A stretch of DNA of 64,000 bases from Dicyema japonicum (lineage: Eukaryota; Animalia; Dicyemida): positions 1,113,653 through 1,177,652 of the forward strand of contig RDEW01000016.1 of assembly GCA_011109175.1 (NCBI GenBank), in the 5' to 3' direction. Of this stretch, positions 50,420 to 63,400 are shown in pieces. The notes under the pieces were generated by a model, which searched no databases, was not told where the DNA came from, and was given only the letters and a program-made list of their open reading frames with translations. Each line of letters begins with the position of its first letter. Positions within the stretch are counted from its first letter, which is position 1. The translations under genes and the position numbers were made by a program.

Positions 50420-50800
50420 ATTTATTGCCCCCAGGATTACTGGGTTAAAAGAGATAGAATGTTCTCAGCTAAGTGATTCTAATATTAGAACCCCGTGATC
50501 ACCGAGAAAGACAGAAAAACGTCAGACAGTTAAGTAATCCCAGTTCCCGCAATCAAACGAGCCACCAACCGTCTGTGGTCTCCCATTGTTGCCGTAACTT
50601 ATTCTAGTTGTGAGAACCTTGGATTCTGAGTATCCAGCATTTCTTATTTGACCCAAGTAGCTGTTTGAGAATCCCTAGCAGCTATGATATTATTATTATT
50701 CCCAGGATCACTGGGTCAAAGAGAAAGAAATAAAAGTTCTCATCTAACTAAGTGATCCCAGACCGACAAAGGTGAGGACGAGTCCGGCGGGGTCGAGAAT
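50420..50800 (-). repeat. Cluster of at least three LINE 3' ends
   Basis: Tail-bearing ends at ~50427, ~50487 and ~50695, homologous to 30911-31017, 46280-46350 and 6250-6335. Confidence 0.7.
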
Positions 50801-52050
50801 CCTGAACAGCTCTTCTCATTGGATATGGCATCGGCTTAAAATTTCTGTATGATTGTAGATAATTCGATAGTATTTGGAATAGAGAAAGCGTTTCGGTTCA
50901 ATCTTTTTCAGGAATACTTGGTGTTCTTTTGAAAACTTCCTGTAGGATATAGATGTGTAATATTTTATCAGAGTGTCTGGTTTTATGTAGACTTCGACTT
51001 TTCTCTCTGGGGAGGGTCTTTTGATGTTTTTGATCCACTTCCACACTCTTTGCATTGGGGGGTTTTTGTAGAGAGCTTTCGACAGTCTCGTCCATCTATT
51101 TGCATTTTCTGTTTTTATGTTGTTGTCGATCTCTCTGTTCAATTCTCGTATTTTCCTGATGTTCTTTTCTGTTAGCGACTTTACCATCTTTAGATTATTT
51201 CGTTCTCCGATCAGATGTTTCGTCGTTGTGTTGAAACGTTTTGATGACGTTGGTTGTCTCCCCATAGGAATGTACTTCTTTTTCGCATCGTTTATAATGG
51301 AGTTGAACCATTTCACTAATTGTTCGACGGAGGGAAAAGTGGGGAAATTTAATAGTCCAATACAATTATCGACGCTTTTCCAGTCGAAACTTTTGAGGTC
51401 GGCAATGAAAGCGGGAGAGGCCGCCCGTTTATATGAAAACTCAAAAATAAAGAAATACAGCAGCCTCCTAAACCGTTTCCATGTACAGCCAGTGGTCGTC
51501 GAGACGAGCGGAGTCTTTGGCCCCAAGACGGTCTCTTTCCTTAGAGCACTTGGGTGTCTATTGACCAAAGCCTCGAGGGAGCGTCGGGAAACCGAGTGGC
51601 TTTTCCAAAGGATATCCCTGGCAGTAGTCAGAGGTAACAGCCACTCGATCATATCCGCTGGACTTTAGAACGATTTTATTGTTATAAATAAATATGTCTT
51701 TTCCAAAAAAAAATTATCGACGTATTCCTTGAATTTTTTCCAATTCGCAAGGCTGTAGTTAGTTATCGTTGGGCATTGTCCTTTTATCCGTGACCTTGTT
51801 TTGACCTCTAAAAATATTGGGTTGTGGTCACTCCTGGTGTCATACTTCACTGACCAGTCAATAAGTGGGGCCAAGGACGGTGATGACAATGAGATGTCGA
51901 TAGAAGAAGGTTCATCATTAGGTCGAGTAGGTGTTCTTGTATGAGATGCAGGATCGTTGAGTATACATAGCTATGATAAGGATAGCAGAATAAAGTTTTC
52001 GTTAGTAGGTTGTGGCTAACATAGTTGAATATTTGTTGGTTGAATTCCTT
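50690..52050 (-). mobile_element. Ingi/Vingi-like LINE (APE end/linker fused to 3' end) hosting a CRE insertion
   Basis: YDTRSDHNPI, NYSLANWKKFKEYVDN|CIGLLNF rejoins after removing the insert. Confidence 0.8.
51375..51711 (+). mobile_element. 5'-truncated CRE retrotransposon (RLE C-terminus)
   Basis: 11-bp TSD AATTATCGACG (51364-51374, 51712-51722), A-tail, AGEAARLYENSKIKKY..VVETSG..QRISLAVVRGN. Confidence 0.9.
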
Positions 52051-52409
52051 ATTGTTTATTCATTTTATTTATTTACCCCCTTAAAGAAATCAGTGCCTAA
52101 CAAGAACGTCACAGTCAAGGACGGTATAAGAGATACGACAGGGCATTTGAGGCAGACCCGGAGAAGAGAAAGCCGAATTTACTAAACCACAAAGATGATG
52201 TTAAAACATATATTGCGATACTGATGTTCCTCTGAGTAGACATGAAAAACTCCAACCTCTTTCCTGTAACTGCGATGCTTTAAAGTATACACTGCGAACC
52301 CCACCTGAGTATTTGCTGGACTCTCCAAATTGTTCGGTAGTGGGAAAACTTAATAATTCTAGCTGATTGCAGAGTTATTGAAAAATAAAATGTAGCCACT
52401 TTCAATAGT

Positions 52410-53600
52410 TATTATTATCTAACCCAGAAATGGGAAGACAACTAAAGAAGGAGCTAAACCATCAAATTAAGTGATCTCAGTGGACCTCAACAGGATCGAG
52501 AGCTTTTTGCTGTGCTCTTCCATAATACCCACAGCTTTTCTGAATCCACCAAGTTTCTATTTCATGAGAATTTGGAGAGACGTGGACTTTTTTTCCAATT
52601 TACCAGTGGCTTTTATCGCTATTGGTAGAAGCAGAGTGAAGCCGGAACGATTATTCAGGATTGCCGCGTTATCGAATAATGGGGGAATAATTGAGCAGAA
52701 GAAATTGGTTATGCAGACCATTTTTGCTCTTAGGGTATTTATCTTGTGGAAGTCTGGAATTGAAATTCTGTAAGCCCAGGAGGCACAGGCATACTCCACC
52801 TTCGGCATTAAGAACTTGTAGTATAAGACGGAACCGCATTCCTGGGTCCTGGAGTTTAGAAATTTTTTGATGATGTTGAGTTTCCGAAGGTCCCTTGCCA
52901 GAACTTCCTTCACATGTTGAGGGAAATGGTCACTCGCAGTATTTTTGGACGTGTTTTCATTGGAATAATATCACCATGAAGACTGATTTCTAGCGTATCC
53001 TTTTGTCTTTGTTATAAAAATGGTATATGAAGATTTTTCCGTTGATACGGAAAGTCGGTTAGAAAACAGCTAAATCCCGAGGTCGTTAAATGTGAATGAA
53101 GTTCTTATATCTACGTATTAGTTTCTGCTCGCAATCATTTTATCGCCAGCATATGTTAGAGGTACTGAATCAAGACCTCCTGAGTAGAATAAGTCGTTTA
53201 AGAATAAGTTAAAAAGTGCTGGAGAAATGGCGATCCCTGGGGGACACCATTTAGAAGGAGACAGGATCTCGATCTGAATGGCCTGTACACACACGTCCCC
53301 TTCGTCCGGTAAGAAAATTGGTTATCTATCGTTTTAAAGTCGGATGGGTGTTGGAGACCTTTTTCGCTATTAGGATTCTCGAGACTAAATCAAACACCTT
53401 TTGGAAGTCTAATAAGACTAATAATGTCCGTAGATGCCGCTTGGGTTCGTTGAAGTCTTCCAAGATAAATTGTGTCAAGGAAGTTATGTGTGTTGTTGTA
53501 GAATGTTCCATCTGAATCTGTGTTGGTAGTGACATAAGGGAAAATGAAGTTTAAATTTTCCAAGCACGAGTTTTTCCATAGCGCACACATCAAGGGTATC
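52410..53600 (-). mobile_element. LINE RT to 3' end fragment
   Basis: HSTTTHITSL..LDFQKVFD, GVPRDRH, YYKFLMPKVEYACASW. Confidence 0.75.
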
Positions 53601-53619
53601 CTGCGGTAAGATGAAGGTG

Positions 53620-55728
53620 AGGCTTTGATAAAGAAGAGAGCGAGAGATTGTGAAAAAACAACATCCACAGTTATCCAAAATTGTTTAAGCACATACCCTA
53701 TTGATGCTGCTTGTGCGGTACCCAAAAAGAAACCCTTGCACGTACTGTTCGACGACAGCGTACAGATCAAATACAAAACGGTAATGTTCTAACTGATGAA
53801 CTTAAAAGTACTCTCAGAAAAGATGATTTTGTGCCACATGATAGTGATGGATTGCTTATATTAACAACATCAAGAAACCTTGATCTTATGTCTATGAAAG
53901 AACATTGGTTATGTGATGGTACTTTGATTCAGCTCCATTAGGTTTTCAGTTATACACATGTTACATCAGAGCTTTTCAAAAATAATTCTCGCGGCACACT
54001 AATCGTAAAAAAAAATAATCCACGGCACACATTAAAAAATAAAAAAATTAAATTTTTAAGATGTGTAAAACTAAGTACAAAAATTGGTAATTTAATGCCC
54101 AAATTTTTATTAATAAAAAATGAATTCTTAATTATTATTGTTTTTGCATATATCATCAATATCAGGTCGAATGGTTGACAAAGGCACTCGCATTTCTGCA
54201 CAAATCCGACGAGAAACAGTATTATCTGACAAAGGTATCTTCATTATTTTTTGTTCATATTTATGACCAAACATAGTCCGAGCAATAATACGACAAGCAG
54301 GGATCATCAAGTTTTCGCCAATAATGTGAGGTTTTAGTTGTTTTGCTATCACTTCTGTGAGATCAGGTATGAACATTTCAATGATTCCTTTGTGTTTAAA
54401 AAAGTTTCACTGAACATCAGATCTACGATTCATAGTAAAAACTAATAATACTTAAGTTGTTTTTTTTAAATGGATAAAATAATCCAAAGATTTTTCGGAA
54501 TAGTCCGGATGCTTGGAAGTAAAATGTCTCTTTAGTTTGCTAGGAACCATAGCATCACTTGCCAAAACTTCCATGCAAATTAGAAATTGAGGTAGTTTAT
54601 TTTTATCTTTGCATATACATCCAAATGACAAATAAGAATCTTTATAAGAACGACGAACTGATTTACCCATAAGCACGTTGATGTGCGCACGTTATTAAAA
54701 AATTAATAAATAATGGTTAACCAATGTAAATGTCATTTAATGTATAATAAAAATAATTATTTTAATTTTAGTAATTATTTTAATTCGTTTATCTTTTTAA
54801 ATTAATTAGGTCAAAAATGTATATAAATTTATTCAAATTTGTATTTGGCAGGCGGCACACCGTTTGACAACCTCTGTGTTAACATTATAGGAAACATGTA
54901 CGGTTCCATTAGTGTATTGCTCGAGAAAAATCTCAACAAATGTATGAACAAATATTTTCAACACTGAAAGAGAAAAAGTCCACAATGAATCCACTATCAT
55001 TACCATAGATTATGAGCGATCAATCTATCGACAGAATTTTTCAAAAATGAAAATGTGTATGGCTTCTACTTTCACTTTGGGCAGTGTTATGCCGAAAAAT
55101 ACAAAATCTATGACTGCAGGCATGGTATAATGACCAAGCAAATGCAAACTTTATTAAAAGTATTCAAGCACTGGCAATTTGTTCCTGTACTCAAGTCATT
55201 GAGAGTTTCCGAGCGTTCCTTCAAACTATGGATTACGAGACTGATGACGTGTTGGGAGATTTTCTGACCTATTTTGAGACAACGGAGCCTTGCAAAGTGG
55301 AAGAAGACCATTGTTTTAGTTTGGGAATATGGAATGTACACGACAGACAGGCAGAAGGCCTCCCAAAAACTACGAATTCACTTGAAGGATGGCACAGATC
55401 TTTTTCACAAAGAGTGTCTATAAAACATCCAACGTTTGTCGCTTGTTGCAAAATACGAAAAGAACAGTCGGAGTGGGAGCTCACAGTATAACAAGTGATG
55501 ACCGGAAATAACAATGACAAGTAAAGAAGTACCAGGATGTGAACAAAGGATAAACAGTATTATTGAAAAATATGATGATTACACTCCAGTAGAATTTTTG
55601 ACTGCGCTTTCTCATAACCTTAAGTAAATGTTTTTATCTTGAATTTTATCTCAATTTTTAAAACCAGAATTTCCTGTCGGCCTAATATCTATCAGCCAAT
55701 GTCCTGTCGGCCTAATATCTGGACACCC
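53620..55728 (+). mobile_element. MULE transposon (transposase pseudogene, right TIR)
   Basis: HWLCDGT, GFYFHFGQ, KTTNSLEGWHRSF; right end with duplicated cctgtcggcctaatatct and GGACACCC terminus. Confidence 0.8.
53967..54876 (-). mobile_element. hAT (Buster/Charlie) deletion derivative inside the MULE
   Basis: TIRs CAGAGCTTTTCAAA / TTTGACAACCTCTG, near-TSD TGTTACAT / TGTTAACAT; YKDSYLSFG, PSKLKRH, KPHIIGENL, PLSDNTVSRRI. Confidence 0.85.
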
Positions 55729-55749
55729 CAGTGGATTAAGTCAGGGAGA

Positions 55750-55826
55750 AAGGTAGGAAGATCCCTTTCAACAACTGTCTCGTGCCAGAAGGACTAGTGG
55801 CCTCACGGGTGGGATCTATTTGGCCA
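55750..55826 (-). ncRNA. Candidate structured RNA, copy F (orphan LINE 5' end)
   Basis: P1 TGGCC/GGCCA, P2 AGATCCC/GGGATCT, CAC..GTG, P4 CTAG/CTGG, TTGAAA junction, TCCTACCTTTCT box. Confidence 0.55.
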
Positions 55827-55992
55827 AAATTGACTTTCGCTGAAAGTCCATCTACCTGATTCGATTTTTTTATTTTTTATTTTATTAACCCCGGAATCAC
55901 GATAGAGAAGATTCAAATTTTAGATAAATAAGAATAAAATTAATTATTGTGGGAAATAATTTTTAAAAAAAATTTTAATTTAAAATATATCT

Positions 55993-58900
55993 ATGAATTT
56001 CCTGGGAGATGATTTTGTAGTAAATAAATCATAATGAAAACATCAAAGAAATCAATGACTGTTTATGTAATTTGAAAAAGATCTATCAAAATCCAACGGA
56101 CTTGGAAATCAGTCTTGCCAGGTTTGAAGGTATTTAATTCACTAATTCAAGCGATCCTCAACAAATATCAAGAAGATCCCATCCTTTTTCATCCGTACTT
56201 GGGTTGATTGACTTTGAAACTTTAGGAAATATTGTTGCACGTATAATTCAGTATCTAACTGACCCTTCCTCTGACGTTCTTCTAAAGCACTCGTCCTTCA
56301 AATACTTATTCGCTATAATCAAAATATTCAGTGACAAAACTGTGGTTAGGTTACTTCCCCATTCTGTCGACAATTTACTCCCCGTTTTGAGCTTCCTTGA
56401 AGAAATTGACTTCATGGATTTTTCTGTAAGCGGGATGTTTTATCTAGCTCGCCAATTCCCAACATTGTCTGCTCCTCTGGCTTTCCATAATCGTGAAAAT
56501 CCCATTTCACTTCAGCCTCTTTGACGGAAACCTTTCCGAAGGAGACACTCCTCTTTCCCAGCGAATTGTTTTTATGGCTAAAGTGGGGGCAAACGTTATT
56601 ACCTTAGAAATATCTTCTCTCTCGTATGACGAACAGCAGACCGGCGTCTACCTTGCTTGTCCAGTTTCTAACCCGTTCGGATTGTGGCCAGTTTTTGAGG
56701 GAGTTTATGTCCTCCACTATGGAAGTCGTTCAGACTGGTTGGATCTTTTATTTAAGCTAGTTTCGAATACCACGAACACGTGGGAACTTTTGGCTATACT
56801 GAGTGCTCTTTGTGGGATTTTTAAGCAGACAAAAAGGGAGGATCTGCTTACTTACGGTTTCTTTATTATTTACTTTTAGCTGAACAATATTTTGCCATTT
56901 TAAGTACCCCCACGTGTTCTCTGTGTAAACACGAAAACGGGACAGTGAAGAAAATGGCGGTAAAACTTGCTAGCAGGGTTGGGCTTGTATTTTTGAAGCC
57001 ACGTGTTGCTAAGTGGAGGTATATATATGGTAATTCTAGATATCGTCAAAATGTGTTTAAATGGTCTTCAAACGGAGAGTCTGAGTATCTGGAAGAGGAT
57101 TACGACATTAGAGAGGAAATACAGGATATTATCGGTTTTAAGCTTTTATACTATTTAGTCCTTCTTTTGGGTTTTCTAAGTGATTCCTTGCGAATTGTCC
57201 GTTGGTCAGCTGCTAAGGGGTACCTTCAGGTCTCATTGACAGAATTGGCCGAGTTTGCGAGAGACTGCCATTCGAATTGGCTGATGACGTCATTTCCGAG
57301 ATATTTGAGGCGCTTGAGCAAAATCCAATGTATCAAATGTGGCATGGGGGATGTTTGGCTCTGGCGGAAATTGGGAGACGAGGATTGATAATCCCCAAAC
57401 GCTTGGAGACGGCTATTGGGCTTATGGCTAAGGCTTTGGTCTTCGAGGAACGGATGGGGACGTATTCCTTAGGAAATGATGTCCGTGACTCTGCCTGTTA
57501 TGTGATCTGGTCTTTTGTGAGGATATACGACACGACCGCTTTGTCCCCTTATATTAGAGACATGCTGGGGTACGTCTCATTGATTATTGTAGTCTTCTCA
57601 GTGTTGTTTTTCTTTTCGATCGGGAGGTGGTCGTTCGTCGAGCTGCTGCCTCGGCCTTTCAGGAGTTGGTTGGGCGTGAGGTTTTTATAGGGATTCACTC
57701 ATAGGGAGCCTCTTCACCTGTGGATATTGATATCCTGACCACGTGCGATTATTTTGCGGTTAATAACAGTCTCCATTGTTTTTCCGAACTATGGTTGATT
57801 TTTTTGCTTATTTATCAGTCATTTTGTCGGGAAGTACTCGTATTACAGGAGTTTCATGATCGACCACCTTTTCTCCCACAAACTATTCCACTGGGACTCG
57901 ACTATAAGGGAGATGTCGGTCAAGGCACTGAGAATGTTACTGGAGTATGACTGTGATGTCATTATTTCTCGTAATCTTCATTTTCAATATAGGATTGAGG
58001 GAGATTGTCTTGAATCAACATTCCTGTTTGTCCCCTAGCGTTTCTGTGAGACACGGCTCTATCTTGGCTATGGCCGAACTGACAGAGGGTGTTTGGGAGA
58101 ACTTTGGGGGGTTTAGTGAGAATGAAGACGATTTGCTGAAATATGGACAAAATTTGTTAAATAATGTATGACTGGTTATATTTGTAGTTGTTTGATGAAA
58201 ATATTGTGTTTGAAAGGTATGAACTGAACACAGATTCTGCAGGTTGGTCATGTTATTCAAATAGTATGCCTGTTTGTTGGAAAATATGCAAAATTGAAGC
58301 TATTTGGCTTGGAGATGCTTCCACGTGTTTTTGAGTTCCTCCATACTATCTTAAGACACGACAATAAAAAGCTCATAGTTTTCCGATTCCTATATTAAGA
58401 CTTTGTCCGCTGAGACGCTTTCTGTTGTTTATTCTGCTTACTACAGTGATTGGGAGACGGTTCCCGTCGTATCAGGACTTCCAACTCCTGATGAGTTGGT
58501 TGACGGTTATATAACCAACGTCGTGGATACGGTTTGTTCTATTAGAAGGTATTTGGGGGTAATCTCAGGATTGCTGGAATTTTCGGAATCAGGTCGCTTT
58601 CTATGTTGTTGGTGGACCATTTCTTCCACAAACTGATTACTGCCCTGAACTATTCCACAGTTATTACGGAGGAATCGCTCTATCTTGCGGAATGTAGGAG
58701 AGAGGGACTTTGGGGACTTCGAGAGTTTGTTTAATAACTGTATTGGTAGTATTCTGATGCTTGATGTGGCAAAACAACATGTTGATAGGTCCACGTGGGT
58801 CACTGTTGTCGACCACATGCGGGCTTCTTTTGAAGACTATACATATAACATTCACGGTAATATAGGAAATGGGTATTTGTGAGTTAATTTGTAGGCCACG

Positions 58901-60436
58901 AGAGACAGCCATTGAAGTTTTGGGGGCAATCATTGTTCGTTTTAGTGAGTTGGTGAGTGAGGAGTTGTTATATGAATTTATTGGACTTTTGTGCTGGCAA
59001 TGTGTGGAACAACATTTCAATATTACTATGATAGCTTTCAAACATTTAATTGCAATCCTAAATCACATAAGGTTAAGAGTTCTCTCACTCTAGGACGTCC
59101 AACCATGAGTTATGGATGGATATTACCTCAAAGGTTTCCCTGGAATTAGAGGATACTGATAGTTTGGAGGAGATTTTCTGCTTTGTTTTCAAATTTTTGA
59201 CCATCTCTCAAGTTCGGAGTTATATTCTGTTTGGATCTGTTCAGAGTGTAGGGTATCCTGTTGGACTTTTGGTTTCTGGTGTTCTAATTTAGACAACGAG
59301 TGCAAGGAGGGGGATTACAAGTTATTTGGAGGACCACAAAGAATATGCTGAACCAATTTTTGAAGAATATTTGAAAATTGGCGCCAAATATGAGAAAAAT
59401 AGCAAGTTTGGAGGAATTTTATTGTAGAATTGTCCTCCCGTTGTATTATACCCTTCATTTTCTGTTAACTGAGGAAATAAATTATTTCGCTAACCTAGAC
59501 AACTGGTGTTATTTGATATATATGGTAATTAGGGAGGATATTTGCGATAGAACATTCAAGCTTCTCAGACGTGGCATGATTGGCTGTTGTAATACGACAA
59601 AACTTATTCTAATTGCGAAAATGTTATTTTTATTTATTATCAGATTTTGCGCCCTTTTATTGGCCAAACCAGGCGACGTGCACAGTGGAATATTGAGGAG
59701 TTTGTTGATATTACTTGGGAGCAAATATTTAGTGGTTGATGACTGTCCTTAGTTCATAGGTAAGGTCAGAGACTTCTGAAATGTTTCTTGAAGTGGTGTC
59801 CTCGAGTGAACGATTTGTGGATTTTCAGGAGAAAATTTTCGACATTTTTTGCAGTACTAATTGGTTGAGGATATTATTATGTTTAAGGCAATGTGATGAT
59901 ATCAAGGTGGTCAGAGTTGCCTGCAATGAGCTGGCCAATATAGTCGGGGTTGAGACACCATTCAAGAAAGTTTGATCGTTTTTGTGTTTAGCGATAAAAT
60001 TGCGTTTTTATGAGTTATTTTTGTTACTAAAAATTTCAGTCCCTTAATTATTTGAAATGAAAGGGGGAATGAGAGACCGTTTATTCATCAACAATGTCAA
60101 GACCAACTAGTTAGTGACTCTGCATTCCAGCAGAACAGTTGGGACAAATTCCCTGAGTTGCTTGGAGGTTTCCATGGTTTTCTTGTACAACAGTATTGAT
60201 CTTTTGGAAGAGAGGTTGTTTATTCGACTGGGATGGCATGTGCAACACGAAAAAACTATGAACAGTCTCTTGTATTTATCAGTGCTGGGTCATTTCTCGT
60301 TGGGACTCTGACAAGAAAAGTGAATCTTGACATCCATGAAGCTAGTGGGTCGACGGTGAAGGACTGTCAAAGAAAGCTAATTGAATATTGCTTAGTGATA
60401 AAACGAGTAGCAATATTTTTACTAATTAACTGTTAA
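55993..60436 (+). CDS. TBCD: Tubulin-specific chaperone D (micro-intron-rich; exact start and end uncertain)
   Basis: ILNKYQEDP, LLLWLSIIVKIPF, VGLVFLKPRVAKWRY, IVRWSAAKG, WHGGCLALAEIGRRGLI, DVRDSACYVIWSF; 22-23 nt introns e.g. 56130-56151, 56203-56225, 56426-56447. Confidence 0.92.
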
Positions 60437-63400
60437 GATTACGACGGTTAATATCTTTTGATTTTGAATGGGGCCTTAGTTATAGAAAAATCCCCATTTT
60501 TAGCTTCTCTGATTATGTCCTCTACGACATTATTCATAACCTTTTCCAGCATCAGAACTAATCCATTATTCGAATATAATTTTTTGACATTCTACATAAC
60601 ACTTGATATTACTTTCTGATCATTTGAACTATCCTCCATAGCCAATTGCTGAAAAGTTGTAATTGGCTCGTTTTGAATATCGGAGATTAGCTGAAAGAAG
60701 TTGCTTTCACTCATAATACATCTTTCCCCTAATCCTTTGACTCTACCTTATCACAGCAGAAAGAATCGGCAAAATCGTATCCTTTGCTGAAGTCGTCCAC
60801 TCAATGTCTCTTTTCTTTACATCCAAAACTGAACTGAATTTGTTAGTATAACACTCACTTGAAGTAAAGCCACGAATTTATTTTGTGAGGAAATCTTCTC
60901 TCATATTCGATAATCCCCATCGTTCGGTGGGTTAATCTTACGTTTATTTTCCGCACGTCGGGAGGACTGGGTTTTTCGAAATTGGGGAGAATCGGCTTTT
61001 CTTTGAGTTTCATTCTCGATTTTTTCTGGTAATCAATTATAAGGGAAACCATAAAGTTTTTGTCGATTCTTTCGTTTTCGTGGACTCCAATGGATACGTT
61101 CTATTTGAAATAAAGCGGTTACCCTCCCTCCAATAACAGACTCACCTTGGATTATAAATTCCTCCTGATTTCGTTTAACGTTCATTTCGTATTTTTTTAA
61201 ATCCTTACAGTACTTGAGGTACTCTATTCTGTCAGTAATATTGAGGGTGAGGTTAATTTCGTTCAAAATTGCGATATTCTTTGATTTAATTTCAACCATA
61301 AAGACTAGCTTTCCCTTAGGCTTTAGTTTCCCCTCCGACGGAGTTATTTTTAGGACCTCGAGTAACGGAAAAGACTACATTTTGGTCGAAATTCCATAAA
61401 AACATAATTCTGTTTGTATCAGAATTATTTTCAAGAAAAACCAATCTCCTCACCACAGAGTTCACTGGGACGATTCCCACACGAATGTGTTCCGGAGATA
61501 AGCAAACATCCTACAATATAAAAGCTACGAAACCTGATTCGTTGAATTTAAAGGGAATAGACTGGGTACTCCAAAATCTCCGTTTTCGCATGAAATTGCC
61601 ACCGTGTTGTTCATTATTCGTTCGTCGTACCCCACACCAATAAGCCGTGTCACATAATCAGAAGAATCGTTAACGCAAATTGAAATATTGGTCTGCTGCT
61701 TAGAAACCTAATACTGTGTATTTCCTTGCTTCCAAGGGGGAAAAGACCCACCTTAGCATGCAGCTTGAGAATGGAGGAATAGCTCCTTCGGGATTCAAAC
61801 ATTTGAAAACCGGATAATCAAAATACTCCTACAATTATTTGTAAATTACATTTTCGAGTTCTTTAATTATTTCACTGTTAACTTGATAATAGCACGAGTG
61901 AGATCCCCCGTTGAGAATTTCCATGAGTTGTACTGTGGAATCAATTGACCCGATCGGGATTGGAACAAACTGGAAGGATTTCGGAATGCAAGGTAAAGCC
62001 ACGTGTTCTGCAGGGAAGGTTGTCCCAAAAAGATCGATCTATTGTAAAAATTTTCACAAACAAAAAGTTCCCTTCCTTTGTCAATTTTGAGCATCAACGG
62101 AATTTTATGGAAACCCAACGAAAGGTGGTTAAAGTTAAATGTGATTGTCTTGCATTCGTTTGGCAAAAGAATCCCCGACTTTGGTGATACTGTGAGTAAT
62201 CCATTTTCCACGTCGGTAATCTGACATTATACCAGGCAAAACCAGTTTAAGTTCTTGTTGTGTAAAATTGTAAGTATCCGCCCAAAGTTCTGGTTCTATT
62301 TTAAGATCTCTTGGAAAGTAAAGGGACCTTGGATGATGCAAAAGTCAACCATTGGCAATCGAGAACTCCCGGATTGTGAATATCTAGTTGTACCACGGAT
62401 GGATCACCATTTATGGTATTTCCTAGAATATCGAATACAATTCGAGAAGAATCATTAAACTCCACTGTGGGGAAACAGCTGCTTTTATGAAGGATTGAAG
62501 ACTTGTACTCACTTTCCTCGGGACTGATTCTGAGCTGCTCGTTAAAACTTGGATTATTTGACCAGACAAACTCGTGGATCGAAAAAATCATCCATAAAGA
62601 TTTTTTTGTCACATTTGGGAGCAAACTGAGTCCTCGAATATCGGAGACTTGCATGAATGGGTAAGAAACTGATGACTCAAAGTTACATAGAAAATGGAGT
62701 TGGTCATCTTGAGCCAATCCATAAAGATTCTTAAATTTGTAGTATAATTCGAATTTGTAACTCCCAAATGATTTTGCCGCGAATTTTACTTTCAAGAGTT
62801 GACTGCTATGGGGGGTTATACAATTGTCGTAGAAACTCAAACTCACAACTAAAATTTTAATTGGAAACAACAGTAATCTTCATCCTTCAATTTCTTTATC
62901 ATCAATTCATATCCAAATTCACAGTCTCCGTTATTTTCCAGGAGTACGTCACACGTGGTAGATTCATTCATGGAGACTGCTGGAAGTTTATACAAATCCC
63001 GATTACTCTAGAATGTGCATTAAACATTGTACAGTCAATTCTGAGTCACATCCTTCCCCCATCAAGTGAATCTTTTTGACGTACTTTGAGTCGGGGATTA
63101 CAGTATTGTCTTTGGAAATGCAGTAGAATTTGATGTATTTTTCAATTTTTGAGGATCCGGGGATTCGGGGGGTAAAATAAGATTCAAGTGGGATTGTTTG
63201 GTGAGGGAGAATAAATCCAGTAGAAGGGGAAAATTTAAAGTTAGTGCTTTCGAAATTGTCATAATCAATCACAAATCTGTTGACTTATAAGATTACTTTA
63301 ATGTTGATGACGTCACATTCTGGATTTCCAATGTTTTTGAGTTTATTCCCATTCTGAATGTTGGTGGGAAGACAATGGTGTTTGATTTTAGCACAACGTT

